Assembly (NCBI GenBank): GCA_040752695.1
Contig: JBFMGO010000066.1
Span: forward strand, 1-33,255
Reading direction: 5' to 3'
DNA length: 33,255 nucleotides
From: a bacterium
GTDB lineage: Bacteria > SZUA-182 > DTGQ01
Shown: positions 1-9,413 of the stretch, one piece after another
Layout of the letters: every line of letters starts with the position of its first letter
Position numbering within the stretch: position 1 is the first letter of the stretch
Translations under genes and position numbers: made by a program
Notes under the pieces: generated by a model
Databases searched by the model: none
Told to the model about the DNA's origin: nothing
What the model saw: only the letters and a program-made list of their open reading frames with translations

Positions 1-7
1 CCCGGTA

Positions 8-718
8 TCAGGTATATCGGGGTTTTACGAGCAGGGTCCTCGGGTCCAGCTTGACATGCAAAGCAGAAGGATTCGTATTATCATGATCCTTCAGAAGCAT
101 CAGGAAAATGGCATCCTGCACCGGATTCAGACTGACGACAACGCTCAACTGTTCCTCGAACTGATCGTAGGGAGCCGGAATACCATGTTCATTCAAAATC
201 TGTCCCTCACGGTGAGTTCTGGCTGAAAACCACATCTCCACTCCGAACTCTTCGGCAATTTGTTTGAACGACTCAACCTCGGCTTTGGTGGCATGTTCGA
301 AATCAAATCCGTCCACAATCACTACCTGAGGGGCGAATCCCCCCTGCGTCAGGGCAGTCTGGATAGCGGATCTCATTTTCTCCACCGAAAAAGTACGGTT
401 CAAATAACTCATGATAATGAGATTCTGCTCAACCTTCTTACGAAGCTCACTGATATCACTCAGTTGAAAAGTCGAGGCCAGGTTGCTGGCAATTTCATCA
501 TACCAGAGACTGACCTTTTCCACGCTTTTTTCAACTCCAAAATGCAGCACCTTGTTTCCTTTCACAATGTCATCTAATGCAAGGTAAACAAGGCAGGCTG
601 TCTTTCCGACACCGGCCCGGGCCATAAATATCCCGATGTTGCCCTTCCCCAGTCCACCATGGATGGACTTTTCGAAAATCCGGAAGGGACTTTTTCTTTC
701 CATTTCACTAAGAATCAT
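8..718 (-). CDS. RecA/KaiC/DnaB-fold P-loop ATPase (conserved cytoplasmic protein)
   Basis: GGLGKG..IFMARAGVGKT Walker A region and VVIVDG Walker B-like strand. Start moved from 790 to ATG 718 (MILSEMERKS), which has an AAAGGAGA SD just upstream. Confidence 0.75.
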   Translation of the reverse strand: MILSEMERKSPFRIFEKSIHGGLGKGNIGIFMARAGVGKTACLVYLALDDIVKGNKVLHFGVEKSVEKVSLWYDEIASNLASTFQLSDISELRKKVEQNLIIMSYLNRTFSVEKMRSAIQTALTQGGFAPQVVIVDGFDFEHATKAEVESFKQIAEEFGVEMWFSARTHREGQILNEHGIPAPYDQFEEQLSVVVSLNPVQDAIFLMLLKDHDNTNPSALHVKLDPRTLLVKPRYT

Positions 719-828
719 GGGATCTCCTTTCTTAATGAAAATCCGAGGAGAAAACTCAGTTGCAATACCATCTATGTTAAAGTGCTTCACCTTTACTTCT
801 TCTTCACTTCGCCCTTTTTACCGCTTCT

Positions 829-2913
829 TTACTTCTTCTTCTTGGCGTTTTTCTCCTGGTACTTCTTCTTCAGGTCCTCGGCAATGTTCTGGGGGACGGC
901 ATTATACTTGGCAAATTCCATGGTAAATTCCGCTTTCCCCTGCGTCGAGGAGCGCAAGGCGGTGGAGTACCCGAACATTTCTGCCAGAGGCACTTCGGCT
1001 TCGACAACGGTCCTGAATCCATCTTCGGAAGTACTGATAATGATCCCCCGGCGCTGATTCAATCCTCCGATGATCGCCCCTTGAAATTCGGAAGGCCCCT
1101 CGACCGACACTTTCATAATCGGCTCTTGAATGATCGGCTGGGCCTTTTCATAGGCCTGCCAGAAGCCTCCCTGGGCAGCCTGTTGAAAGGCAATATCAGA
1201 CGAGTCTACCGCGTGATAAGCACCATCGTTGATCGTGAGCTGGACGCCGGTAATCGGAAAGCCGATAAGCCTTCCCTTCTTTAAACAGGCCTGAAAGCCT
1301 TTGTCACAGGAGGGGATATATTCTCTCGGGATAACACCGCCGGTAATTTTATCGACAAATACATAATTCTCTTCAGTCGGCTCCATGAATCCGGCTACTC
1401 TTCCATACTGGCCTGCGCCACCGGTCTGTTTCTTGTGGACGTAGTTAAATTCCGCTTTTCTGGAAACCGTCTCCCGGTAGGCAACTTCGGGCATACCTGT
1501 TTCGACCTCCGTGGAATACTCCCTGCGCATCCTTTCGACATAAACGTCAAGATGCAACTCGCCCATACCGCAAATAATGGTTTCATCCGTCTCAGGATCA
1601 ATATAGGTGCGGAATGTCGGATCTTCCTTGGTAAACCGGTTCAGGGCCTTGGACATATTGATCTGGGATTTGTTATCCTTGGGAACGATTTTTAATTTGA
1701 TGACCGGCTCAGGGATATGCATAGAGGTCATGGTATAATGAACTTCACCGGAAGTGAAGGTGTCACCGGAAGCGCAGTCAACTCCAAAGAGGGCTACGAT
1801 ATCCCCCCCCCTCGAGTCCTCGATATCCTCCATCTGATCCGCATGCATCCGGACTAACCTGCCAACTTTTATCTTTTTTCCGGTTCGGGCATTAACCAGC
1901 GTATCTCCCTTTCTGAGACTGCCCTGGTAAATCCGGATATAGGTCAGTTGTCCATACCTTCCCTCTTCCAATTTAAAAGCCAGGGCAACCAGCGGCTTGT
2001 CCGGATCAGGATAAAGCACCACATTTCCCTCGCCATTGCCCAAATCCAAAGCCTCGTTCTGAATGTCGGAGGGATTGGGAAGGTAACTGCATACTGCATC
2101 CAGAAGAAGCTGCACTCCCTTGTTTTTATAAGCTGATCCTATAAATACCGGTGTCAGTTTCAGAGCCAGGGTGCCTTTTCTGACAGCCTGATTGATGAGA
2201 TCCTCGGTTACCTGTCCATCAAGGATAGCCTCGGTCAATTCATCGCAGAACATAGAGACTGCATCCAGCATTTCTTCCCGTTTGGTTTCAGCCATCTCCT
2301 GCAATTCAGCCGGGATCTCTTCATAACGGAGAGATTCTCCCTGTTCTCCGTCGAAATACACGGCTTTCATGCTGACCAGATCCACTACCCCCCTAAAGTC
2401 CGTCTCCAGACCGATCGGAATCTGCATGGCTACGGCATTCAGGTTCAGCTTGTCGCGCAATTGATCCACCACTCTGAAAGGGTTGGCCCCTGACCGATCG
2501 CATTTATTGATGAAGGCCAGCCTCGGTACTTTATAACGCCTCATCTGACGATCAACGGTGATAGACTGGGATTGAACGCCGCCAACTCCGCACAGCACCA
2601 GAATCGCCCCATCCAGAACACGCAGGGCGCGCTCCACCTCAATCGTGAAATCCACGTGTCCGGGAGTATCGATGATATTGATAAAGTGATCGTTCCAGTT
2701 ACAGAAGGTGGCCGCAGAAGCAATCGTTATTCCACGCTCCTTTTCAAGCTCCATCGAATCCATGGTCGCTCCGACGCCATCTTTCCCCTTAACTTCATGG
2801 ATGGCATGAATCCTCTTGGTGTAGAAAAGGATTCTCTCGGTGAGGGTGGTCTTTCCAGAATCAATATGTGCACTGATCCCTATATTGCGAACTTTGGTTA
2901 AATCTTTGATCAT
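829..2913 (-). CDS. fusA: Translation elongation factor G (stand-alone copy, spdEFG1/mtEFG1-like)
   Basis: [52 protein letters not shown] and [15 protein letters not shown] motifs; 694 aa; GGAGG SD upstream. Confidence 0.97.
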   Translation of the reverse strand: MIKDLTKVRNIGISAHIDSGKTTLTERILFYTKRIHAIHEVKGKDGVGATMDSMELEKERGITIASAATFCNWNDHFINIIDTPGHVDFTIEVERALRVLDGAILVLCGVGGVQSQSITVDRQMRRYKVPRLAFINKCDRSGANPFRVVDQLRDKLNLNAVAMQIPIGLETDFRGVVDLVSMKAVYFDGEQGESLRYEEIPAELQEMAETKREEMLDAVSMFCDELTEAILDGQVTEDLINQAVRKGTLALKLTPVFIGSAYKNKGVQLLLDAVCSYLPNPSDIQNEALDLGNGEGNVVLYPDPDKPLVALAFKLEEGRYGQLTYIRIYQGSLRKGDTLVNARTGKKIKVGRLVRMHADQMEDIEDSRGGDIVALFGVDCASGDTFTSGEVHYTMTSMHIPEPVIKLKIVPKDNKSQINMSKALNRFTKEDPTFRTYIDPETDETIICGMGELHLDVYVERMRREYSTEVETGMPEVAYRETVSRKAEFNYVHKKQTGGAGQYGRVAGFMEPTEENYVFVDKITGGVIPREYIPSCDKGFQACLKKGRLIGFPITGVQLTINDGAYHAVDSSDIAFQQAAQGGFWQAYEKAQPIIQEPIMKVSVEGPSEFQGAIIGGLNQRRGIIISTSEDGFRTVVEAEVPLAEMFGYSTALRSSTQGKAEFTMEFAKYNAVPQNIAEDLKKKYQEKNAKKKK

Positions 2914-2961
2914 CTTTCTCTCAAATCCTCCAAATTATAGTATTTTTTCGCTCATATTATC

Positions 2962-2991
2962 ATTATAATAGAATCAGCCTGATAGAATCAA
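2962..2991 (-). promoter_or_regulatory. Putative proximal sigma-70 promoter of fusA
   Basis: Minus strand TTGATT-N18-TATAAT, about 50 nt upstream of the ATG. Confidence 0.5.
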
Positions 2992-3046
2992 TCAGAGTAT
3001 ACTACCCTATCGTCGTCAGGAAAATGTTAGCCGGTAAGCATGAAAG

Positions 3047-3202
3047 AAAAAAGCTCACTAAGAGGGTATCAAACCCGAAAGAACGATATTTCAAGGCAAG
3101 TCATTTCTCAATTTGGTGAAAAGTTTGATCCCGTATTACGGTTATAAAAGATACAAAAAAGTGGTATCTGTTTAAATATGAGCGTCTGTTTTTCTTAGCG
3201 GC
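3047..3202 (-). ncRNA. Candidate structured RNA (sRNA or fusA leader/attenuator)
   Basis: Begins 8 nt after a TTGCTT-N17-TACTAT promoter. The 5' GCCGCUAAGA pairs with the 3' UCUUAGUG(A)GC, which is followed by UUUUUU. Internal stems: AGAUAC/GUAUCU and GGGAUCAAAC/GUUUGAU(A)CCC. Confidence 0.4.
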
Positions 3203-3209
3203 GGAATAA

Positions 3210-3238
3210 ATAGTATCACTAAAATGGTTGAAAAGCAA
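3210..3238 (-). promoter_or_regulatory. Putative distal sigma-70 promoter upstream of fusA
   Basis: Minus strand TTGCTT-N17-TACTAT. Confidence 0.55.
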
Positions 3239-3535
3239 GTCCCTGTAACCAGCCATGCTTCTTAAAGGCTGTTTATGGTGCGGGGGAAGGCTGAAAGAGC
3301 AGTCCCAGCCATAATCTTTGCGGGCATAAGCCGATTATGACTTTTGACCATGATGCTTAAAAGGTCTCCCTATGCTTGAATGACCAGCAATCCGGGAATA
3401 CAGCTAATCAGTCCAGCGTCCAAAGAGATGATCCAGATCATGATATCAACTTTTCATCTTTTGTCCGGAGATTACTCAAGTATGAGCTCAATATCGATTG
3501 AGAGCATGATCCTGAGGCTTAAAGCAAGCGGTGTA

Positions 3536-6500
3536 TCAATGCCTTGACTCTATAAGCTCTCGCACCGACCGAAGCAGGTCGGTAAGGGCGTAGGGTTTTT
3601 GTACGAACCGGAACCCTTTTTCACGTATGGAGGCCCACTCGGATTTTTGATCCGGGTAACCACTGGCCAGCATGATCCGAATGTCGGGCCGGCAAAGGAG
3701 TATCCGGTCGATCAATTCAAGGCCGGTTTGATCGGGCAGGACAACGTCACTCAAGACCAGGTGGAAATCTCCTTTTTCCTGTTCAAAGGTATCAAGAGCA
3801 TCCTGCACATTTGCGGCTTCGGCAACGCAATAGCCGTTTTCACGAAGAGCCCGCGCGGTCATTTCACGGACTCCTTCCTCGTCCTCCACCAGCAGGATTC
3901 GCTCGCCCCTGCCCTGGACTTCGCCCTGCACGGCAGTTGCCTCCCTGACAGTATCTTCGGGCGTAAGCGAAGTCGCTGCCGGCAGGTAGATTCTAAACAC
4001 CGAACCGTGTCCCGATTCACTGTCAATAGTGATCCATCCTTCGTGCTGTTTGATAATTCCATAGACTACGGACAGGCCGAGTCCGGTACCCTTTCCAACG
4101 CCCTTGGTAGTAAAAAAAGGCTCAAAGATCCGGCTGATGGTTTCTTTATCCATACCCATGCCCGTATCTGTTATCGATAGGCAGATAAATCGGCCGGGCC
4201 GTGCTTCTGCAATACCTCTGGCGCTTTTCTCATCCAGAATTCTGTTTTCGGTCTTGATGCCGACCTCGCCTCCCCGTGGCATGGCATCTCTGGCATTGAT
4301 CACGAGGTTCATGATCACCTGCTCGATGTTCCCCTCGTCAGCCCGAATCGGCCACAGGGCAGGCTCAAGAGCGATTCCGATCGTAATATCCTCGCCGATG
4401 AGGCGATGGAGCATCTTGAGCAAATTATCGACCGTTACGTTGAGATTAAAGCAACTCGGTTTCGTTGGCTGCTTGCGGCTGAAAAGGAGTAATTGGCGGG
4501 TGAGGTCGGCAGCCCGCCCGGCAGCCAATTGCACCTGGTTCAGGTCCCTGGAGAGGCGATCCGCCTTATCGACTTTCTTAAGGGCCATGCTGGTATAACC
4601 TTGAATCGTGGTGAGAAGGTTATTAAAGTCATGGGCAACCCCGCCGGCCAGGATGCCGATAGCCTCCAGCTTCTGTGACTGGAGAAGCTGGGCCTGTATC
4701 TTTTCTTTCTCTTCTTCTATACGCTTTTCCCCGGTAATATCCGTCACCAGGACGATAGCGCCGACAAAATTCCCCTCCTCATCCAGGATCGGTGAAGAAT
4801 CCAGGCTCGTATAAACCCGTGATCCATTTTTATGGATGAGCTCAACCTTATGTCTTTGCTTAATGCCCTGTCTGCGAAGTTCAAAATCGTGCCTAAATCG
4901 TGCCGCGCCATCTTCGTCCATAAATGACGATACTGGTCTGCCCATCATTTCCTGTACGGTATATCCAAGCATCTCGGCCATGCGGTTATTGACGAAAGAG
5001 GTTATGGGCACGGTATCGATTGCCCAGATACCTTCCTGCGCGTTTTCCACCAGTTGACGATATTTCTTTTCACTCTCCCGCACTGCATCCTCAGCCTTCT
5101 TGATCTCGGTAATATCCTGAATAAAACCGGTGAGTTTAAGCGGATTGCCAGCAGCATCAGTCGAAGAAACTCCTCCCCGTCCCCGGACGATACGTGTTGA
5201 TCCATCAAGACGAAAAATCTGGTGCTGGTATTCAAAAGGCTGTTTATCCTGGCAGGTCTGTTTGAAGACGCTCATCAAATTATCCTTGATATCGGGGCTG
5301 TTAAACATACCCACGTACTCTTCAAGCGACAGATTCAGTCCTTCCGACTTAAAACCGACGATTCTTTCAAATTCTTCGGATATTGTCACTTCGCCCGTAA
5401 GGATATCCCAATCCCAGCTTCCCACATGGGCAAGTCTTTGGGCCTCAGTCATTTGCGCCTGACTTTTTCTCAACTCTTCTTCCATCCGCCTGCGATCGGT
5501 AATATCTTTAAAAACCACAACCGCACCGGTTATCGTGCCTTCTTCCTGAATCGGGGCGCTCACGTATTCGACCGGGAACATTCTGCCATCCTTTTTCCAG
5601 AACACATCATCACTGACATGGCGGGAAACGCCATCTTTTATGGCTGCGTAGACCGGACACTCTTCCCAGAAGTAGGGGCTTCCATCCGGCTTCGAGTGAT
5701 GAAAAATATTATGCTGTTGACATCCGATGAGTTCTCCGGGCGTATACCCGGTCATATGTACCGCGGATGGGTTAATAAAGGTGATATTCCCCTTTAGGTC
5801 AACCCCGTAAATTCCTTCCCCCACTGCCTCCAGGATCAGTTCGTTCTGACGGATGGATCGCTTAAGCGACTCTTCTGCCAGCCTGCGCTCGGCTATTTCG
5901 TCTTTCAGTTGCCTGTTGGCTGCTATGAGTTTTTCCGTGCGCTCCTGCACCATTTGCTCAAGCTGGCAGCGGTATGCATTTAATTCTCGCTCTGCGCGCT
6001 TTCGCTCGGTGATGTCGGTAGCCACACCGATCATCCGGGAAAGAGCCCCCTGTTCATCCTTGGTTGGAAATCCGCGGTCCCGGACCCAGCGTATCGATCC
6101 ATCGGGCTGCACAACGCGATATTCGAAGTCCCATCTGCCTGCGGGATTTTCCTTTATCCCTTTCAATACGTGTTCGCGATCCTCAGGATGAATACCTTCT
6201 ATAAAAGCGAGCGGATTTTCATACACGCTCTCCACGCTGTGGCCCCAGATCTTCTCATAGGCAGGGCTGACATAGATAGTCCGGGTCGCTCCAGGTGTAG
6301 ACATCCAGAAAACATCCTGAACGGTTTCGGTTACCAGCCTGAATTTCTCTTCACTCTCCCGCAGTGTCGTCTCGGCCCAATGATGCGTAATGATATGTCC
6401 TGTCCGCTCAGCAACAGCGTTCAGCAAGTTCCTTTCTTCTTTGAGAAAGGGGCCTTCATCGCTTGGCGGTTTTTCATCCAGGTAGAAGACATCCAAAGAG

Positions 6501-6952
6501 CCGATCCGGTCACTGCCTGCCATGATATCGGAGGACTGTTTCCAATGAGTTTCCCTAAAGTTTCCTGTCGTGAATTCTTGATCGTTTAAAATAATCCGCG
6601 CGCAGGTAATTTCCGGATATTGATAGGCAGGTGGTATGAGATCTGCAACTTTCTGAAGTGTCTCCTCCAGCGAGATGCCTTCCCTTGCCACCAGAGAAGA
6701 AACACCATACAGACAATTCAGTTCCTTGATTCTTTCGCTAAGTGCGTATGCCTTTTTCCTGAGAAGGTCTTCTCCCGGTCCTGGTTCGGCTTTGGAGGCT
6801 TCTAATTCGGCAATCCTCTGACGCAACACCGCCGCTTCCCGGATAAGCTGCTCTTTCGTCTTGCCTCTATCTGCCCCTTTAAACCATTTCAAGACAGGTG
6901 ACAATGTCCATTTTTCTCTCAGAATGTCAATATAGAAAAATAAACTCTTCAT
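3536..6952 (-). CDS. Hybrid sensor histidine kinase/response regulator with GAF-like domain and four PAS/PAC domains
   Basis: Four PAC ends (DITERK, DITDRR, DITEIK, DITGEK), H-box GVAHDFNNLL, N-box NLVINARDAM, G-boxes DTGMGM/FEPFFTTK/GTGLGL, and a C-terminal receiver (LLVEDE, LSDVVLP, QKPY). No TM segment seen. Exact start uncertain. Confidence 0.95.
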   Translation of the reverse strand: MKSLFFYIDILREKWTLSPVLKWFKGADRGKTKEQLIREAAVLRQRIAELEASKAEPGPGEDLLRKKAYALSERIKELNCLYGVSSLVAREGISLEETLQKVADLIPPAYQYPEITCARIILNDQEFTTGNFRETHWKQSSDIMAGSDRIGSLDVFYLDEKPPSDEGPFLKEERNLLNAVAERTGHIITHHWAETTLRESEEKFRLVTETVQDVFWMSTPGATRTIYVSPAYEKIWGHSVESVYENPLAFIEGIHPEDREHVLKGIKENPAGRWDFEYRVVQPDGSIRWVRDRGFPTKDEQGALSRMIGVATDITERKRAERELNAYRCQLEQMVQERTEKLIAANRQLKDEIAERRLAEESLKRSIRQNELILEAVGEGIYGVDLKGNITFINPSAVHMTGYTPGELIGCQQHNIFHHSKPDGSPYFWEECPVYAAIKDGVSRHVSDDVFWKKDGRMFPVEYVSAPIQEEGTITGAVVVFKDITDRRRMEEELRKSQAQMTEAQRLAHVGSWDWDILTGEVTISEEFERIVGFKSEGLNLSLEEYVGMFNSPDIKDNLMSVFKQTCQDKQPFEYQHQIFRLDGSTRIVRGRGGVSSTDAAGNPLKLTGFIQDITEIKKAEDAVRESEKKYRQLVENAQEGIWAIDTVPITSFVNNRMAEMLGYTVQEMMGRPVSSFMDEDGAARFRHDFELRRQGIKQRHKVELIHKNGSRVYTSLDSSPILDEEGNFVGAIVLVTDITGEKRIEEEKEKIQAQLLQSQKLEAIGILAGGVAHDFNNLLTTIQGYTSMALKKVDKADRLSRDLNQVQLAAGRAADLTRQLLLFSRKQPTKPSCFNLNVTVDNLLKMLHRLIGEDITIGIALEPALWPIRADEGNIEQVIMNLVINARDAMPRGGEVGIKTENRILDEKSARGIAEARPGRFICLSITDTGMGMDKETISRIFEPFFTTKGVGKGTGLGLSVVYGIIKQHEGWITIDSESGHGSVFRIYLPAATSLTPEDTVREATAVQGEVQGRGERILLVEDEEGVREMTARALRENGYCVAEAANVQDALDTFEQEKGDFHLVLSDVVLPDQTGLELIDRILLCRPDIRIMLASGYPDQKSEWASIREKGFRFVQKPYALTDLLRSVRELIESRH

Positions 6953-7118
6953 TTATAAATATCGGGCAATAAAGTATATATACTTATATTATATCATGCA
7001 TATTTATGCTATTATACCATAGAAATACAAGGCGGGGTATATCCATTTTGAGGAAGTCTCTTGATTTTTTGAAGAAAATGAGATACTTACAACGAGATAT
7101 TTCGCATGTAGGATGTTG

Positions 7119-7793
7119 TCATTCAAACTGTCGTTTGAATTCGGTAAACGTCTGCTTCAATTCATCCAGTTCCATGCGCAGGCCTGCCACTTTCTGCTCA
7201 AGCTCGGCAATCCGTTCATTTGCGGCAGGGATCTCAGGGGGCAGGGCCCCGTAGGCTCCCGGCTTACGGGAGGGAGCTTCCTGATCGGCGTTCACTTCAC
7301 CGCAGAACAGGTGAGCATAGCGGTTTTCCCTGCATCCCTCCTGCCGGGGAAGTTTTACCACAAAGGGGCCGTCTTCCCGGTCGGCGAGCTTTTGTAAAGT
7401 GGCTTCCGTCTCGGTCAGATCTTTGAACTCATACAGCCGGCCAGTGCGGCTGCGTATTTCGCCCGGAGTTTGCGGTCCCCGCAAAAGGAGAATGCACAAC
7501 ACCCCGATCTCGGCAGGAGTAAAATCGAATTTGCTGTTCATTTCGTGCAAAAACTTTGGCACACGGCCCTCGGCAGTGCTCCTTTGCCAGACGAGGTGCT
7601 TTTGTATCAGACTGTCAAGGGCATGGAGAACTGCATTCTCATTAAGGTTCATAACCGGCTCACGGTTCGATTTCTGATTGCAGGCACTGAGAAGTGCATT
7701 GAGCGTGAGCGGGTAGTAATCCGGTGTGGTTATTTCTTTTTCGATCAACGAGCCGAGTACGCGCGCTTCCACAGAGGTAAGGACAATCTCCAT
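7119..7793 (-). CDS. yceH: YceH/DUF480 (UPF0502) family protein
   Basis: EARVLGSLIEKEITTPDYYPLTLNAL..ACNQKSNREPVM, LLLRGPQTPGEIR.RT.RL, RENRYAHLF, C-terminal coiled coil; GGAGGAG SD. Confidence 0.93.
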   Translation of the reverse strand: MEIVLTSVEARVLGSLIEKEITTPDYYPLTLNALLSACNQKSNREPVMNLNENAVLHALDSLIQKHLVWQRSTAEGRVPKFLHEMNSKFDFTPAEIGVLCILLLRGPQTPGEIRSRTGRLYEFKDLTETEATLQKLADREDGPFVVKLPRQEGCRENRYAHLFCGEVNADQEAPSRKPGAYGALPPEIPAANERIAELEQKVAGLRMELDELKQTFTEFKRQFE

Positions 7794-7941
7794 GAATTCT
7801 CCTCCTTACTATACTTTTTCACTTTTTGACGGGCAGGCATTACAAAACTAATGGTATTTCAATCAGTTGCTGAAAAATGTAAAAGTATAGCTCCTTAAAG
7901 AGAGTTGGTTACGTAATTCCCATTGCTTTTGCAATGAGCGT

Positions 7942-7970
7942 ATTCTACTGAATATGCGTTTTCATTGCAA
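7942..7970 (-). promoter_or_regulatory. Putative sigma-70 promoter of yceH
   Basis: Minus strand TTGCAA-N17-TAGAAT. Confidence 0.55.
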
Positions 7971-7988
7971 CAGAAATGAGACCGGGAC

Positions 7989-8017
7989 TGGACTTAAGGG
8001 TATTAATGCTGTATAAT
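7989..8017 (+). promoter_or_regulatory. Putative divergent sigma-70 promoter
   Basis: TGGACT-N17-TATAAT. Confidence 0.5.
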
Positions 8018-8151
8018 AATCCATTCATTATTGATAAAATATTGATAAATTTTACCATGAAAAAAAAAACAATCGCTTCGACCTGCCGTATATCTCTCAC
8101 CGAAGGGGCTCCCCTCCTATCGACGGGGTACCCCTTTCTCTCTGTTGAGAG

Positions 8152-8499
8152 TTGAGACAGGGCTTCACCAGGAGGTTATCGCTCTTTGCTTTTCCCCTGA
8201 CGCGCAAATCCAGAGACTGCACATTGAAACCAAAGATACGGAAAAATGGATTGCTCTTATCTAAGGATGTGGTATCGGGAGAAATCCACTCCAATGCCGT
8301 CAAGGGTTCCGTTCCCCGGGAAAAATCCGTTGACCAATCCGCTTTTTTAAAGGCCAAGGCCGATAAGGTTCAAGCTATGCTGGACAATCTCGATGAATCC
8401 CTGCTAAGCGGGAAAATCAGTGAAGAAACGTACAACGAGTTGAAAAACAAATACCAGGAGCGGCTTCGGCAGGTCAGGAGTGAACTGAATGCGGCCTGA
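8152..8499 (+). CDS. Small protein or gene remnant with a C-terminal SHOCT-like helical motif
   Basis: C-terminal LDNLDESLLSGKISEETYNELKNKY resembles the SHOCT pattern (L...G.IS.EEY..LK). TTG start with no clear SD and a low-information N-terminus, so it may be 5'-truncated. Confidence 0.45.
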   Translation: MRQGFTRRLSLFAFPLTRKSRDCTLKPKIRKNGLLLSKDVVSGEIHSNAVKGSVPREKSVDQSAFLKAKADKVQAMLDNLDESLLSGKISEETYNELKNKYQERLRQVRSELNAA

Positions 8500-8570
8500 T
8501 CGAAGCCAGGAGTGAACCGAGTGCGGCCTGATCGAAATCAGGAGGAAACCGGATATGCGGCCTGATCGAA
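8475..8570 (+). repeat. Three tandem ~32-bp repeats spanning the stop codon of the 8152..8499 ORF
   Basis: Units start at 8475, 8507 and 8539 with CAGGAG and share an invariant TGCGGCCTGATCGAA core. Confidence 0.9.
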
Positions 8571-8618
8571 GAAGAATCGAAGAGGCTCTCCTCTGCCTGG
8601 ATTAAAGGGAAAAAACAT

Positions 8619-9284
8619 ATGAGAATTGTGGCTTTTGGCGATATTCATAATCATACCGGCAACCTGGGGAAAATCGAAGGTATCTTTGATGCTTCTTTTG
8701 TGATTATCACCGGAGATTTGACTAACCGAGGGGGAATTGAGCAGGCCAGGGAAGTCATCGAATGGGTAAAACGCTTTAATCCTCATGTCTATGCCCAGGC
8801 AGGCAATATGGACCGCAAGGAAGTGGAAAGCTATCTGGCCGATCAGGGAATCAGCCTCCATGGCAGGGGATATGTGCTGGAAGAGGATATCGGCATCTTC
8901 GGTGTGGGCGGATCGAACCCGACTCCTTTTCATACTCCCAATGAGCTCGACGAAGACGAGATCGCCGGCCTGCTCCTCCAGGGATATCGACAGGTGGAGG
9001 ATGCAGCGCTCAAGATCCTGATATCGCATGCACCTGCGATAAACACCAGGGTCGACAGGGTTGTTCATGGCCAGCATGCGGGAAGCCGCGCCGTGCGGGA
9101 GTTCATCGAGAGGTATCAGCCGGATATCTGCGTTACGGGGCATATCCACGAGGCCAGAGGGGAGGATGTGATCGGAAGGACGCCGATTGTCAATCCCGGC
9201 ATGTTGAAAACCGGAGGTTATGTAGAGATCACCACAGAAGAAAAAGTCCTGAAGGTAACTTTAAAGCAGGCGGCAGGAGTTTGA
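8619..9284 (+). CDS. Calcineurin-like metallophosphoesterase (Icc-related)
   Basis: GDIH, TGDLT, GNMD, SHAP, GHIHE and NPG motifs. Confidence 0.92.
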   Translation: MRIVAFGDIHNHTGNLGKIEGIFDASFVIITGDLTNRGGIEQAREVIEWVKRFNPHVYAQAGNMDRKEVESYLADQGISLHGRGYVLEEDIGIFGVGGSNPTPFHTPNELDEDEIAGLLLQGYRQVEDAALKILISHAPAINTRVDRVVHGQHAGSRAVREFIERYQPDICVTGHIHEARGEDVIGRTPIVNPGMLKTGGYVEITTEEKVLKVTLKQAAGV

Positions 9285-9413
9285 TCCGCTTTGTTCAGGA
9301 ACATGATGCAGTGATATCGATTGCATCCTTATCGAGGAATAATTCCATAAGATACGTATCTCCAAACATTCACCTTAAACCAATGAATCCACCTCAACCA
9401 ATAAGGGGGGAAT

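Noticed and set aside
3047..3202. Purine riboswitch, 6S RNA, SRP RNA or T-box
   Set aside because: CUCAUAU and CCGUAA fragments occur, but the UUUCUACC core is missing; there is no symmetric 6S rod, SRP loop or T-box UGGnACC motif.
8057..8151. Phase-variable poly-A frameshift or selenocysteine read-through joining ATG 8057 to the SHOCT-like ORF
   Set aside because: It needs both a frameshift and read-through of TGA 8146, and no convincing SECIS or selenoprotein context is present.
8475..8570. Mini CRISPR array
   Set aside because: The constant core is only 15 bp, the intervening 17-19 bp are similar to each other rather than unique spacers, and no cas genes are present.
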